Assembly (NCBI GenBank): GCA_977020255.1
Contig: CDROCS010004111.1
Span: 186,001-244,175 of the forward strand
From: Obrimoposthia wandeli
Taxonomy: Eukaryota
Direction of reading: 5' to 3'
Length of the DNA: 58,175 nucleotides
The stretch's first letter is position 1, and the number at the start of each line of letters is the position of its first letter. The notes below the pieces were generated by a model, which saw only the letters and a program-made list of their open reading frames with translations, made no database searches and was not told where the DNA came from. This document shows, one piece after another, positions 1 through 10,926 of the stretch. A program made the position numbers and the translations under genes.

Positions 1-571
1 CGAACTGATAATATGCACTACCTAAGTCTAGCGATGTAAATATATCTATTGTTGTGCTGAGGATATATAAAGGTCATTATTTAGCAATGCAAACATATCA
101 CACAATCACACATCCACCAGCATACATATTACCTAAAGACCCATAGGTTCGTAAACCACAGTTTACATAATATATTACACACCACAAACATTACTAAAAC
201 CAACATTCCATCAAAAAATGTTTAAAAATGTTAAAAGTTATTCTGCTTTTTTAAATTTTTTCTATATTAAATCATAAAATGTAATTATCAGATGTATTTA
301 TATATTTCTTCAATAATTTTAAAACGTCAATTACATATGAAATTGTACTTTAAAAAATAGTAGCATATAACTAACAATGGAAGTTATCAAAACATAAATC
401 ACAAATTACAAAATATTCTCGAAAATATTTGTAAGGAACAGTGTTAAATTCTTAGCTGCCCAAAAACAATATTAGATATATAAGCAAATAAATTATTAAA
501 TTAATACATTTCTTATTGTTGAAATATTATTTTCCTTAGTGTTTTAAAAAAAGTATTTAAAGAATTTAAAA

Positions 572-803
572 ATAATCTTTTTCATTTTTAAATGAAAATA
601 AATCTGTTTAATATAACCAGTTTAATTTTAACTGCTGTCGAGAAGTTGTGTAAATCCTTAAAATCTATTGAGGATGAAATAAAAACATATAATCTTTTTC
701 ATTTTTAAATGAAAATAAATCTGTTTAATATAACCAGTTTAATTTTAACTGTTGTCGAGAAGTTGTGTAAATCCTTAAAATCTATTGAGGATGAAATAAA
801 AAC
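572..803. repeat. Tandem duplication, 2 copies, period 117 bp
   Basis: ataatctttttcatttttaaatg...gaggatgaaataaaaac occurs at 572-686 and 689-803, nearly identical. Confidence 0.9.
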
Positions 804-2893
804 AAAAAATCACTTATTAGGTAAATAATCGTTCTAAAGCATTGATTATTTGATATTTTCGTCCCTCTAGAGGTAAATTCAATATCGAAGTTTAAGATAG
901 ATAGACAGCAAAGTGGGTTACAACCTTTCACATATTACTTCGATAAAAACGAAGGAAAAGATTTTTATGTAAATTTTACTAAATACAAGTATTTATTCAT
1001 ATCATATTTACATCGCGTGTTAGTTATTGAAGTAAATAAGAAAGAGGCGGTTGAAAATTTAAAATTTGACAAATATTTTCAAAGAATAAGAAAGTATGAA
1101 ATCTGTTGTTTTCCAATAAATTTAATATATTTTTATTTATACTTTCATTATACAAATTTAAAAATTTATTTTGTTTCAATTAAATGTAAAATATCATATC
1201 AAATGAAAAAAACCTGTGAAAACAAAAAACTGAAAAAAAATACACAAATATATATTAATAAATGTATTACAAATTTTTGGTAAATTGTTTTAAATTTTTT
1301 TTTTTTAATTCTTCTTAATTTTATATAAAATATAGAATTTTAAGATTATTAAGAAAATTCCTTCAAATATTACAATTTAATAAATGTTCACAAATATATA
1401 TACCAAAAATAACACAAAAAACATTATTAAATTGTCATTTATTAGTTTTGATTGATTTATCAAAGGTTTACAGGAAAGATCAAATATATTTAATCTATAA
1501 TGCATTGAAAAATGTTTCAGCTCAATATTACTGCATTTTAAAAATTATTTTGATATCGTTTATTGGATCTGTAAATAGCGGTATTTCATTTATTAGCATT
1601 TTTAAATTAAAAAACAAATAAATATGCACCTGAATATGTAAATATATTCAAAAATAATGGCTCTAGTGAAAAAATGTTTGCCAACCAATTTATTTAAGGA
1701 TTTATAAGTAAAAATTTAAATAGCATTAAAATCTGTTAATATCCCCTTATTAACTTTCTTACTTTATAAAAACTAATTTATTAGACAATAAATCAAAATT
1801 ATTCGGTGGTAATATTTGTATTACTGCATATTTACAATAAAAAAATAAATATATTATTTTATTTTAATATAACTTTTACTGTCCAAAGCTATCCATACAC
1901 AAAATACATTCATTTTGTAACTGGGACTAGTTAAATAAACCAAAGTATAATAGAATAAAAATAAATTACTAAGTTAAAACTAATATATAGTCATGGAAAC
2001 TAGTGTTATTATTAATATTTAAAACATTTTAGCCAAAGTTTCACAATGAATTTACAGATATTTAAACACAATAACAAGATTGTTGACATTTTGATTAGTT
2101 ATTTTGATATAGACATAGACTTTGACTGAATCTTGATATAAAAACTGTACAATAATGGTCAATTAAGCAATTAGAGTTCTTTTTCGAAATTCCCTAACTC
2201 AGATTAAATAACTTTTAGATTGTGCTACATTATTTATAGGATTTTTATTTTCAGTATTATTTTTATCTTTTAAATATAAATTTTCCATTCATCGGCGACT
2301 TAATCATTATTTTAACTGATACTAACTGCAGAAAACAAATGAATATATTTTCTGATGAATGTAATAATTTATTAGATTTATAATATTTCATAACATTTTT
2401 CTTTTTTAAAAATAATTCTTTGATTATAATTGAATTTTTACGGAATAAATTTGTAGCCATGAATAATTTTAAATATTTTGTTTGTTTATTAGAAATAATA
2501 ATTAAAAGTATCAAGTTCATTTGCAGTTTCAAAAATAATAACCAAAATATTATTTCATATTTCATGAAATTTAAGCCATTATTTTAAATAAAGATTGATA
2601 AAATTGGAAGTTTTATTGAACTGCGATAATTAGGAGAAATTCCGAAAAAGGGAGATACACTTGCAGACGAAATGAAATACCACAAACAGTGTTTTCCCAA
2701 TGAGTATGATAATATGTTTGTTAACTTCTGCTGTTGATGTTATAAATATTACATTAACTTACCACAACATTACTACTTAAAAATAAAAGAAATAGTAGTT
2801 TGTGGTACTTCTAGTGTCCTCAAGTGTAATTTAGCAAAAATAAACCCAATAAGAGTCTGTCTGTGACAAAGGAGGAAATGGAGAAGTGATTAA

Positions 2894-3101
2894 TTAAACG
2901 AAGCTACCATTGTTGACGTTACAAATGACACTACTGCAGTCTGTGGATGGGTTTATGGCACGGAGAAGGTCAGCTGGGGGTTCTCCGACACACCCATTCG
3001 AGACGGGACCGTCGACGGATTTTCCGAAACTGAGTAGTGGTCGGCGCAAAGTGCTCAAATCATTGGTAGAGGACAACATCGAGGAGTGCTTCAGATGGTG
3101 C
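2894..3101 (-). CDS. Protocadherin-like gene, terminal coding exon (cytoplasmic C-terminus)
   Basis: Acceptor ...ttatccaattag| precedes 3101. The phase-2 join with the 4614-4852 exon gives R-HHLKHSSMLSSTNDLSTLRRP...NNGSFV, ending at TAA (2896-2894). GC-rich relative to flanks. Confidence 0.8.
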
Positions 3102-3365
3102 CTAATTGGATAAGTAATTAATATCGAGAAAGATTTATCAAACAAAACCTCATCTTTGAAATTTGTCAGATCATTTCAAGCCAACTTTTTTAAAAATAAA
3201 GTTTTTTATATAAATTGGTTTGACTTATTTTAGAAATTGTTTATCATATTAAACATGTAAAAAATAGCACAGATTCTTTTATCCATCGTTAGGTTGTTGT
3301 AAAGATTTAGAGCATAAATCTTAAATCTTCTTTAACTTTGTTTGTTATTTGAGAATAAATTTGAG

Positions 3366-3810
3366 ATAAACTGAGCCCGACCCTTTCATCTATAGACGAC
3401 TACAACCCTTTAGGTATGTTGGCCGACCATTAGAAGGATGGAGTCTAGATCACTTGACCCATCCCCCTATCATAACATTTCTGAGCCAGACCCTTTCATC
3501 TATGGACGACCACAACCCCTGGGGTGTGTTGGCCGACCATAGACGGTCACGAACATACCTTCAAACCTTCATAACCTTTATGAGCCAGACCCTTATGGTG
3601 TGGCAAGACACCATTATGGTGTGACACCCTTATGGTGTGACACCCTTATCGTGTGACACCCTTATCGTGTGACACCCTTATCGTGTGACACCCTTATGGC
3701 GAGGCAACATATACCCTTATGGTGTGACACCCTTTAACATTGTGTGCGCACAAGGGGGCAAGTGATCTAGACTCCATCCTTATACCTACTAATATAGCCT
3801 CGGTTTTATT
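3366..3810. mobile_element. Non-autonomous repeat with 23-bp perfect inverted repeats and internal 16-bp tandem array (Helentron/DINE-like or MITE)
   Basis: AAGGATGGAGTCTAGATCACTTG (3434-3456) is the exact reverse complement of 3759-3781. The unit cccttat(g/c)gtgtgaca is repeated ~3590-3733. A partial second copy is at 26977-27085. Confidence 0.6.
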
Positions 3811-4613
3811 TTTATCCATCTTCAATTGTCTGGATTTCATCAATATACCTATTTCATTAATAAGAATTTTCTATCGAGATCAACATTAAGTTGTGTATTA
3901 TTAGTCTAAAAGTTAAAATGGATATTGTAATGCTTAATAATTGCTAAGATTGACGAAGTATAAATCGAAGATAGAATTGGACTAATTTACCATGTTTAAC
4001 TTTTGTTTGGAAAAAACGTTGAATAAAGTTATCTAGACAGTTGACTTGGATGCCTCAAAATTTGTTTAACGTTGAATTTAACGTATTAGAACCCTTGTAA
4101 ATCAAACTTAATATTTACAGAACGGTTTTGGGACCCATTTAGATTCCATATTTTATTTTAAGTTACGTTCACATTACTTTTTCTCACACTTGTTTTCGTT
4201 ATATAATGTAATCAACATCTTTATCGTCCTCATTATTGTTATTTTAAAAAATTGTTTTCAATAATTTAAATTTTTTTTATTTAAATTCTTTAAATCTAAA
4301 TTAAATGTTTAATTGTTATTAAAGAATAATTTTTAGTTCATTTACTGTAGATGAAAAGTATCTAGACTATTCAAAAGAAAAAACTATCTATGCCATTTTT
4401 CATCGTACATCGACAGTTCCGCTTACCAAAAATGGCCCACTAGGCATTCGAATATTAAATCGTGCCATTTCAATGAAGAAACTTATACATTGTACCTATT
4501 TAAAGTTTGAAAATAAATTGATGACATCACATTCCTAGTCCTTAAATGATTAGCTTTACCAGATACAGCTAAGCTACAATGCTGACTATCTTTGAGAAAA
4601 CGTCCTTGCTTAC

Positions 4614-4852
4614 CGGCTGTTGTAGTGACCACTGCTTGTACCGCGGTTCATTGCCAGTGCAGTGTTGTCGCTGACAAGCTGATGGCTGTGACCATTTGTG
4701 GTCACGGCTGTGCTCGTAGAGAAGTGTGAGTAAACAGGATGGTACTGATTTAGGATGTCTCCTTGATGGTGTTGCTGCTGGTAAATCATTCTCGCATCCA
4801 CACTGTCTCCCTTGCCGCTGTCTTTGTCATTGGAGTTGAAGTTCTCCTCAGT
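4614..4852 (-). CDS. Protocadherin-like gene, cytoplasmic exon with DKDSGKGDS (delta-protocadherin CM1-like) motif
   Basis: Acceptor ...aaatgcag| before 4852 and donor |gtaagc after 4614. 239 nt, phase 0 to 2. Encodes TEENFNSNDKDSGKGDSVDARM...GHYNS. Confidence 0.8.
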
Positions 4853-5957
4853 CTGCATTTATGTACAAAATAAGTTTCAAATTACCACAAGGTTATCGTG
4901 AGTGATTAGAAACACTGATTTCGGTTGAACTAAAACGTTATGTATTTTAAAGATACTTTAACGAAATAATTTAACTTATGATATAAATGTAATGTATGGA
5001 AAGCGCTAATGGAAACTTGTATTGAAGTCTTGGTTGTTCAAAGGATTTGGAATGAGTGAGAAAATTTGGTTATAGTCAATGTCGAGAGATGTCAACAACA
5101 ACAAAACATGAGTCAAATCGGGTGATTAGACAGACAAACACAATCATAAAAATATTCATTAAATAGTGGAAATGACTATAGATAAGCAACTCTATTTCGG
5201 ACTAGTACAAAATGAATAAATTATCAAAAGTAGTTAGTATATATTTATTAAAAAAACTTATTCAAAAAGTGTTCATCCTACAGTCTCTATTGTTTGGTCA
5301 ACAAATTAGTATATAGTTTCGGTACTGGCTCATCCCCGGAGTGGGGGCTCTGTCCCTTTTGAGCCAGTACCAACACTATAGGCGTTAAAATATCTAAATA
5401 TAGTCAAAATGTCGTAAACAGTTCTCAAAATGACTCAAATGTCTCGAAATCGCACATACTGCATCAATCTATTTGAGGCAGTATGCGCGATTTCAGAAAT
5501 TAGACAAAATTTAGTCCTGAAATCCTACATAATACCTCAAGGCAATAGGTCCCTCGGGGGAGTGCCCTTTACTGCAAAATATATTTGAGGTAGTATGCAT
5601 GATTTCCAGACTTGACCAAAAATTAGTCTCCAAATCGCGCATACTACCTCAAGCCAATAGGTCCCTTCCAAGGGGTTACCTTTTACTAAAAAAACATTTT
5701 TGTCGCAGTTTGTACGATTTCAATACTTTTTCAAATATCGCGCTATTTCCCGCCGTTTACAACAAAAATTAAGTAGATAGCCAAAGTCTCTCTGCATGGC
5801 CACGCAGCACCTTTGCAAAAAATACATTTAGTATACTTTTGTTTATAGTAAAATGACAATAAAACTAAAATCAATATATGTTAAACTTTCTATGTCATTC
5901 AGTAATTCTCCATATAGGCTTCTGTCTCCCAAGTTTATCGACTTTAAATACTTGAAT

Positions 5958-6350
5958 TTAAATGAATAAAATCCAATATTTGCTTTCTGCAGAGTAATTA
6001 TATATTCCAGAGAACATATTTTCATCGGCTTTAATGAAAACACTAAAGTTTTCAATTTTAATACCCAATTTCATTCCTTTGAAAATAGAATTCATATTAT
6101 TAATGTCCGTATTATGGATTCTTGAGATTACATAATCAAACTTGGATTTTGTTAGCATAATAGGGTATAGAAATCCATATGGAACAGGCATATTGAGGAA
6201 ATTCATTGCATAGCTGAAATAAGGTACAGATTCATTAAATAGGTATTTACTGAAAATATCTTCTAATTCCGTATCATCGGAATCTAAATTGATTGGGTTA
6301 ACCTTGGTTGTATTTAAAATTCTATTCTTACTATTCTTTGTACTCTTCAA
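5958..6350 (-). CDS. Hypothetical ORF within Polinton remnant (probably frameshifts into 5843-6055)
   Basis: 130-aa ORF with protein-like composition inside the element; no recognisable motif. Confidence 0.3.
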   Translation of the reverse strand: MKSTKNSKNRILNTTKVNPINLDSDDTELEDIFSKYLFNESVPYFSYAMNFLNMPVPYGFLYPIMLTKSKFDYVISRIHNTDINNMNSIFKGMKLGIKIENFSVFIKADENMFSGIYNYSAESKYWILFI

Positions 6351-6559
6351 ATTCAGTTTTTTGTAAATTGGACATGATTAATGAGAGTAAACTACAATGT
6401 TTGAATAGTTATAGTTGACTACTTGAATCTGATTGGTTGTTGATTCTTATTGGATAATATGAAAGTATATAAGTCTGTGACATCATCAATTAGTATCACA
6501 TAATGAAAATAATTAATATAAAGTATAAAGGTAAATTTAAGAGAGTGTTAGTCACTTAT

Positions 6560-7094
6560 CTTTCCGACTAAAGAAACATATACAATAAGTTATGTTTTCT
6601 ATCGTAGACATAATTCAAGACTTAGATTCTATAACACAATTTATATTTTGAATATTAAATTCAAATTTTTAAACAAATTATTGAAAGTAAGATAATTCCG
6701 GTTTCTGATTACATAACTCAATATGTTGAAAAGTTAAAGGATTATACTATATTATGTTTGCATCGGGTATTATAACTACTATTTATGCTCATACATGATT
6801 ATAATTTGCAAACAACCAATCAAACATGTTCAAAATATAGAAATTGAACGTATTCAATCTCTAAGTCTTCTAGTGAATATCAGCAAGAAGGTTTATTTGT
6901 ATAATATATCGGTGAAAATGAGAAGAAATTGTATGTTTGAGCTAGAATTGTTTCCAGCAATCAGAATTTTAAAGTTTAATCCTCTATGTGTTAATTTATT
7001 TGCTAGCGAAAACGTGATTATTCATGGTATTAAAGATTTTGTTTATCATTATCATGTCGAGTCTATTGTATTTTTTCTTGAAAGTTTCTTATAA
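6560..7094 (+). pseudogene. TATA-binding-protein-like (TBP fold) gene, frameshifted
   Basis: FELELFPAIRILKFNPLCVNLFASENVIIHGIK (6936-7034) aligns with TBP repeat 2, [42 protein letters not shown] (6751-6774, another frame) resembles repeat 1, LIFSSGKMV. Confidence 0.55.
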
Positions 7095-7217
7095 ACAAAT
7101 ATATGTTTTTGGATTTTGAAAATGCTTATTGATAACATACTTCATTATACGACTGTTAATAATGTTTTAGTTAGACGAAAAATAGAATATTCTAGAATGA
7201 AAGTTTGACATGTAAAA

Positions 7218-8011
7218 TATAGACATGAAAGTGAAAGATTTAAATCGACATTTACAAATTTTAAAGGGAAACAATTTAAAAGCGATTTAGCTAAAGTTGG
7301 ATTTTATAAACATGACGATGATTCAACCGATAAAGTACAATGTATAAACTGTCAAGGTGCATTATTTGATTGGGAATGGTATCTTAAAACAATGAAGCAA
7401 CACATGAAAATGTTTTCTACATGCCCATTACTTTTAAAATTAAATGTTTCAAATGTATCAATTATTGAAACTAGTGATAAGAAAATTGATTTTGATACAT
7501 CACCATTGATCGGAAAAGTATATGTATCATATATTGATGTAAAATTACCTGATATATGTTATTCAAAAAGTTTAGGAAACTATATGATGCTAATGTTATT
7601 GAGAAAATCGAAACAGATTGTATTATCGAATATCCTTTAACTATAGAAAAATTCAATATGTTGATGGAATCAAACCACATCAGATATTTGAAAAGGTTTT
7701 CACAAAAGATATAATAAAATATGTCGTAAAATAAAACTAGTGATAAGAATAAAATAATGCAATATGCAGAATACAAATCACTATTTGAAATGATCTGTTA
7801 TTTATCTTATTTAAAAATAAAACCTGAAAAACAATATATAAATATTCTTTCATACATTTTAAAAGAACTTGAATTTTTAGTGTGTTTAAATAATTATATT
7901 GCTGTAAATACATGTATATTGTGTTCCAGGATATTACATTCATGTCCAGTATGTCGATGTATAATTGAAATGAGAGTAAGAAATGTAAAATTTCATCGTA
8001 TAAACAATTGA
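7218..8011 (+). pseudogene. iap: Inhibitor-of-apoptosis (IAP) gene: BIR - UBA-like - RING, degraded
   Basis: 7218-7433 reads YRHESERF...LAKVGFY...DKVQCINC-x16-H-x6-CPLL, canonical BIR CX2CX16HX6C spacing. KIMQYAEYKSLFEMICYL is UBA-like. The RING remnant ...TCILCSRILHSCPVCRCII has lost its PCGH segment. Confidence 0.85.
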
Positions 8012-8329
8012 AATTTGAAGATTTATACAAAAATAGATAAAAAACGATAAATTAGTTGATGATTCTGATGATGAAATTATAAACGGAACAATAAATGGAG
8101 TTCAATACTTTTCTAGTTTTAATGGACTTTCTCGTGATAATGTAAAGGAAATTGTTCGCACACATGTCTATAGAGATCTTAAATGGAAAAATAATTTTGA
8201 AAAATGCGTTTAGATTAATCGTACAAACATGATGTATATACATTTTTCTGCATCAATATTTAATTCATTTTTGTTGTATAAATTAATAAAATGCTTATAA
8301 ACAATATTCTTCTTCTTGAAACTTAAAAA

Positions 8330-8900
8330 TGAAGCTGTATATCAGATAGTGGGATCCAGGGTAGTGGAAAAACACATTTTGTAACTAAATTATTACAACA
8401 CAATAAAATGTATAATAATCGATTTAATACGATTTCGTGGCATTATGGTGATGTTTGTGAATCAGGGTTAATGACAAGTGAATTATGTAAAGTTAAATAC
8501 ATAAATGTGATGATATTATAGTAATTAATGTCATATATAAAGAAGCAAAAAGAGAGTCAAACTTTAATAATTTATTCACTAAAATAGCAAGACACAACTG
8601 TGTTACCATAATTTCCATTACTCAAAACCTATTTTATCAAGGCGGTAAACATAGAACACGTAATTTAAACGTACATTAATTGGTTTTGTTTAAGAATCCT
8701 CGTGATCAAACTTTGTTATTGACTATGTTTCACGTCAAGAATTTCCTAATAACAGGCAATATTTGATAAATTTATTTCAAGATGCAACTACAAATCCTCA
8801 TGGTTACTTGTTTCTTGATTTTACCCAATCATGTCCTGATGAATTGAAAATAAGAACCGATATTTTCAACAATTGTATGGTATATAAACAAAAACAAATA
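8330..8900 (+). pseudogene. Polinton A32/FtsK-like DNA packaging ATPase, frameshifted
   Basis: Walker A GIQGSGKT at 8351-8374, then ITQNLFYQGGKHRTRNLN, FKNPRD and DATTNPHGYLFLDFTQSCPDELKIRTDIF, all typical Polinton ATPase motifs. Confidence 0.88.
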
Positions 8901-8939
8901 TAATCGAACTTTAAAATGAATTTCGAAAAAAATTGGAAA

Positions 8940-9745
8940 CCTGGTGATGATTTTTAACATGTATTGATGTATTTACTAGATTCATCAGGACATGTTTTTT
9001 TAACGTGTATTGATGTATTTACTAGATTTGGGCGTGCTGAACCCATAAAATCAAAATCCAGTAAAGATATAGATGCTGACATAAAAAATATGATTGATGT
9101 TGTACCCGATAATGTACAAACATATGCTGGAAAAGAGTTTTATAATAAACATGTTAAAGTAACTTTTGATAAATTAGGAGTAAATCACTACTCTGTGTTT
9201 TCACATTTTAAAGTGGCCTTGGTTGAACAATTTAATAGGACATTAAGAGATAAATTAAAGAAACATTTTGTTGTAATTGGATCAAATAAATGGGTAAAGG
9301 TACTACATAAACTGTTAATTTCATATAATCACTCACCACATCGCGGTTTGGGTGGTAAGAAACCTATAGATATTTCATTTGATGATTGGTTTTCTCGTAA
9401 TTAAAAATCAAAAACAAAAAAACCCAAATACAAAGCTGGAGATTTTGTTCGCATATCAAGTCTAAGTACAAAACCTTTTATTAAAAATTTCGATAATAAT
9501 TTGAGTGATGAAGTATTTGAAATATAAAAAATCAATTTACATGTTAACCCCGTAATGTATAATATCATAGATGAGGATAAAAGTACAATAGAGGGGACGT
9601 GTTATGAGCAAGAATTACCAGTTATTGATAAACCAACAGTATAAATATCATTAAATCTAAAGGTCAAAGTAAGAATAAACAATATTACATAAAGTGGAAT
9701 GAATATAAAACATCAACATGGATAAAAGCAAACCAAATACCATCT
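8940..9745 (+). pseudogene. int: Polinton retroviral-like (rve) integrase with C-terminal chromodomain, inactive
   Basis: FLTCIDVFTRF...VQTYAGKEF (catalytic D mutated to Y)...LVEQFNRTL...YNHSPH. Downstream frames give YKAGDFVRIS...IEGTCYEQEL and a chromodomain-like QYYIKWNEYKTSTW. Confidence 0.88.
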
Positions 9746-9789
9746 AATAGTTGTCCAAACACTCAACCTAATGATATTGCATCGAAATG

Positions 9790-10926
9790 TATTGTTTATT
9801 GGGAAAATCCGATAGAACTTCAAGGTGTAGGGGAAGCTATAAGGATTTGAGTAAAACCGTATAGGGTTTTCTTGTTGAAGTAGATTTACATATTCCGGAT
9901 TGAATACATAATAAAGTTGATGACTTACCTATTGGACCACATAAGTTGTGTCCACCAAACTCAAAAACTCCTAAATTGCATTTAACACATAATGATAATA
10001 AGCATTATGTAATAAATTATTTTTACTCCACTTCTATTTTTTTCTTGGTGCTGAAATCTTAAAAATTCACAGGGCTATTCGATTTAGACAAGCACCCGTT
10101 TAAAAACTATATATTTTTTAAATGAAACAAGCGGGCAACTAGTGTTAATAAGTTTGAATATGAGTTTTACAAAATAAAAAATAATTCCGTTTACGATAAA
10201 ACATTTGAGAATTTTAAGAGGCTGCTTGATATTAGATTATATAATAACGGTAAACGGCTTGAAAAATTAGTTTCGAGTCCTTGGTTTAAACGACATACTC
10301 AAATAAAGGATAATTTAAATTTAGTTTTTATGCAGAAACCGCAAATATGTTTAGATTGGTCTTCCTATATCGGTCAAGCTGTGCTTGATCTATCTAAGTT
10401 ACGAATGTATCAATTACAATATGTTGAGCTTGAACGGTATAGGCAAACTTTTTATTGTAGTATTCGAATTGTAGCTATGGACACAGATTCTTTTTTCCTT
10501 GAGTGTGTGAATATTAATAAGGATAAATTACTTAAAGAAACGATTAAGGATAGGTATTTAGATACGAGTAATTATCCTAAAACACATCCCTTGTATTCAG
10601 AAAACTTTAAAGCTGTAATTAGAAAATTAAAAGATGAAAGTGATGGTACTGATTATAATGAGTAGGTTTTCTTAAAACCAAAATGTTATTAACTTCAAAA
10701 TAAATTAAGGTCCAAGGGTATTTCTTTAAAACAAACTAATTTAAGACACCAAGACTACGCCAATTGTTATGAAAATAAAGAAATTATTAGTGTTAACCAG
10801 TCACGTATAGCATTGGTTCATACAACATTTACCTCTAAAGTTGCTTTAACATGTTTTGATGATAAAAGGAGATGGGTTAGTAAGAATTAAAGCCTAGCTT
10901 ATGGTCATTTTAGTTTAACTGAATAA
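9790..10926 (+). pseudogene. polB: Polinton family-B (protein-primed type) DNA polymerase, C-terminal part only
   Basis: GFLVEVDLHIP, YIGQAVLDLSKLRMY, MDTDSFF (DTDS at 10480-10491), DTSNYPKTHPLYS, KSKG and FDDKR...LAYGHF before TAA at 10924-10926. Several stops and frameshifts. Confidence 0.9.

Larger units (their letters stand above)
5229..10926 (+). mobile_element. Polinton/Maverick (adintovirus-like) remnant, degraded, boundaries approximate
   Basis: Co-oriented fragments of A32-like packaging ATPase, rve integrase with chromodomain and PolB C-terminus are the diagnostic Polinton gene set. The left end is tentatively placed at AGTAGTTAGT (5229). No matching right TIR was found. Confidence 0.85.

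Noticed and set aside
7560-7730. Possible second BIR in the Polinton IAP
   Set aside because: Only weak N-terminal resemblance; the zinc ligands are not recoverable.
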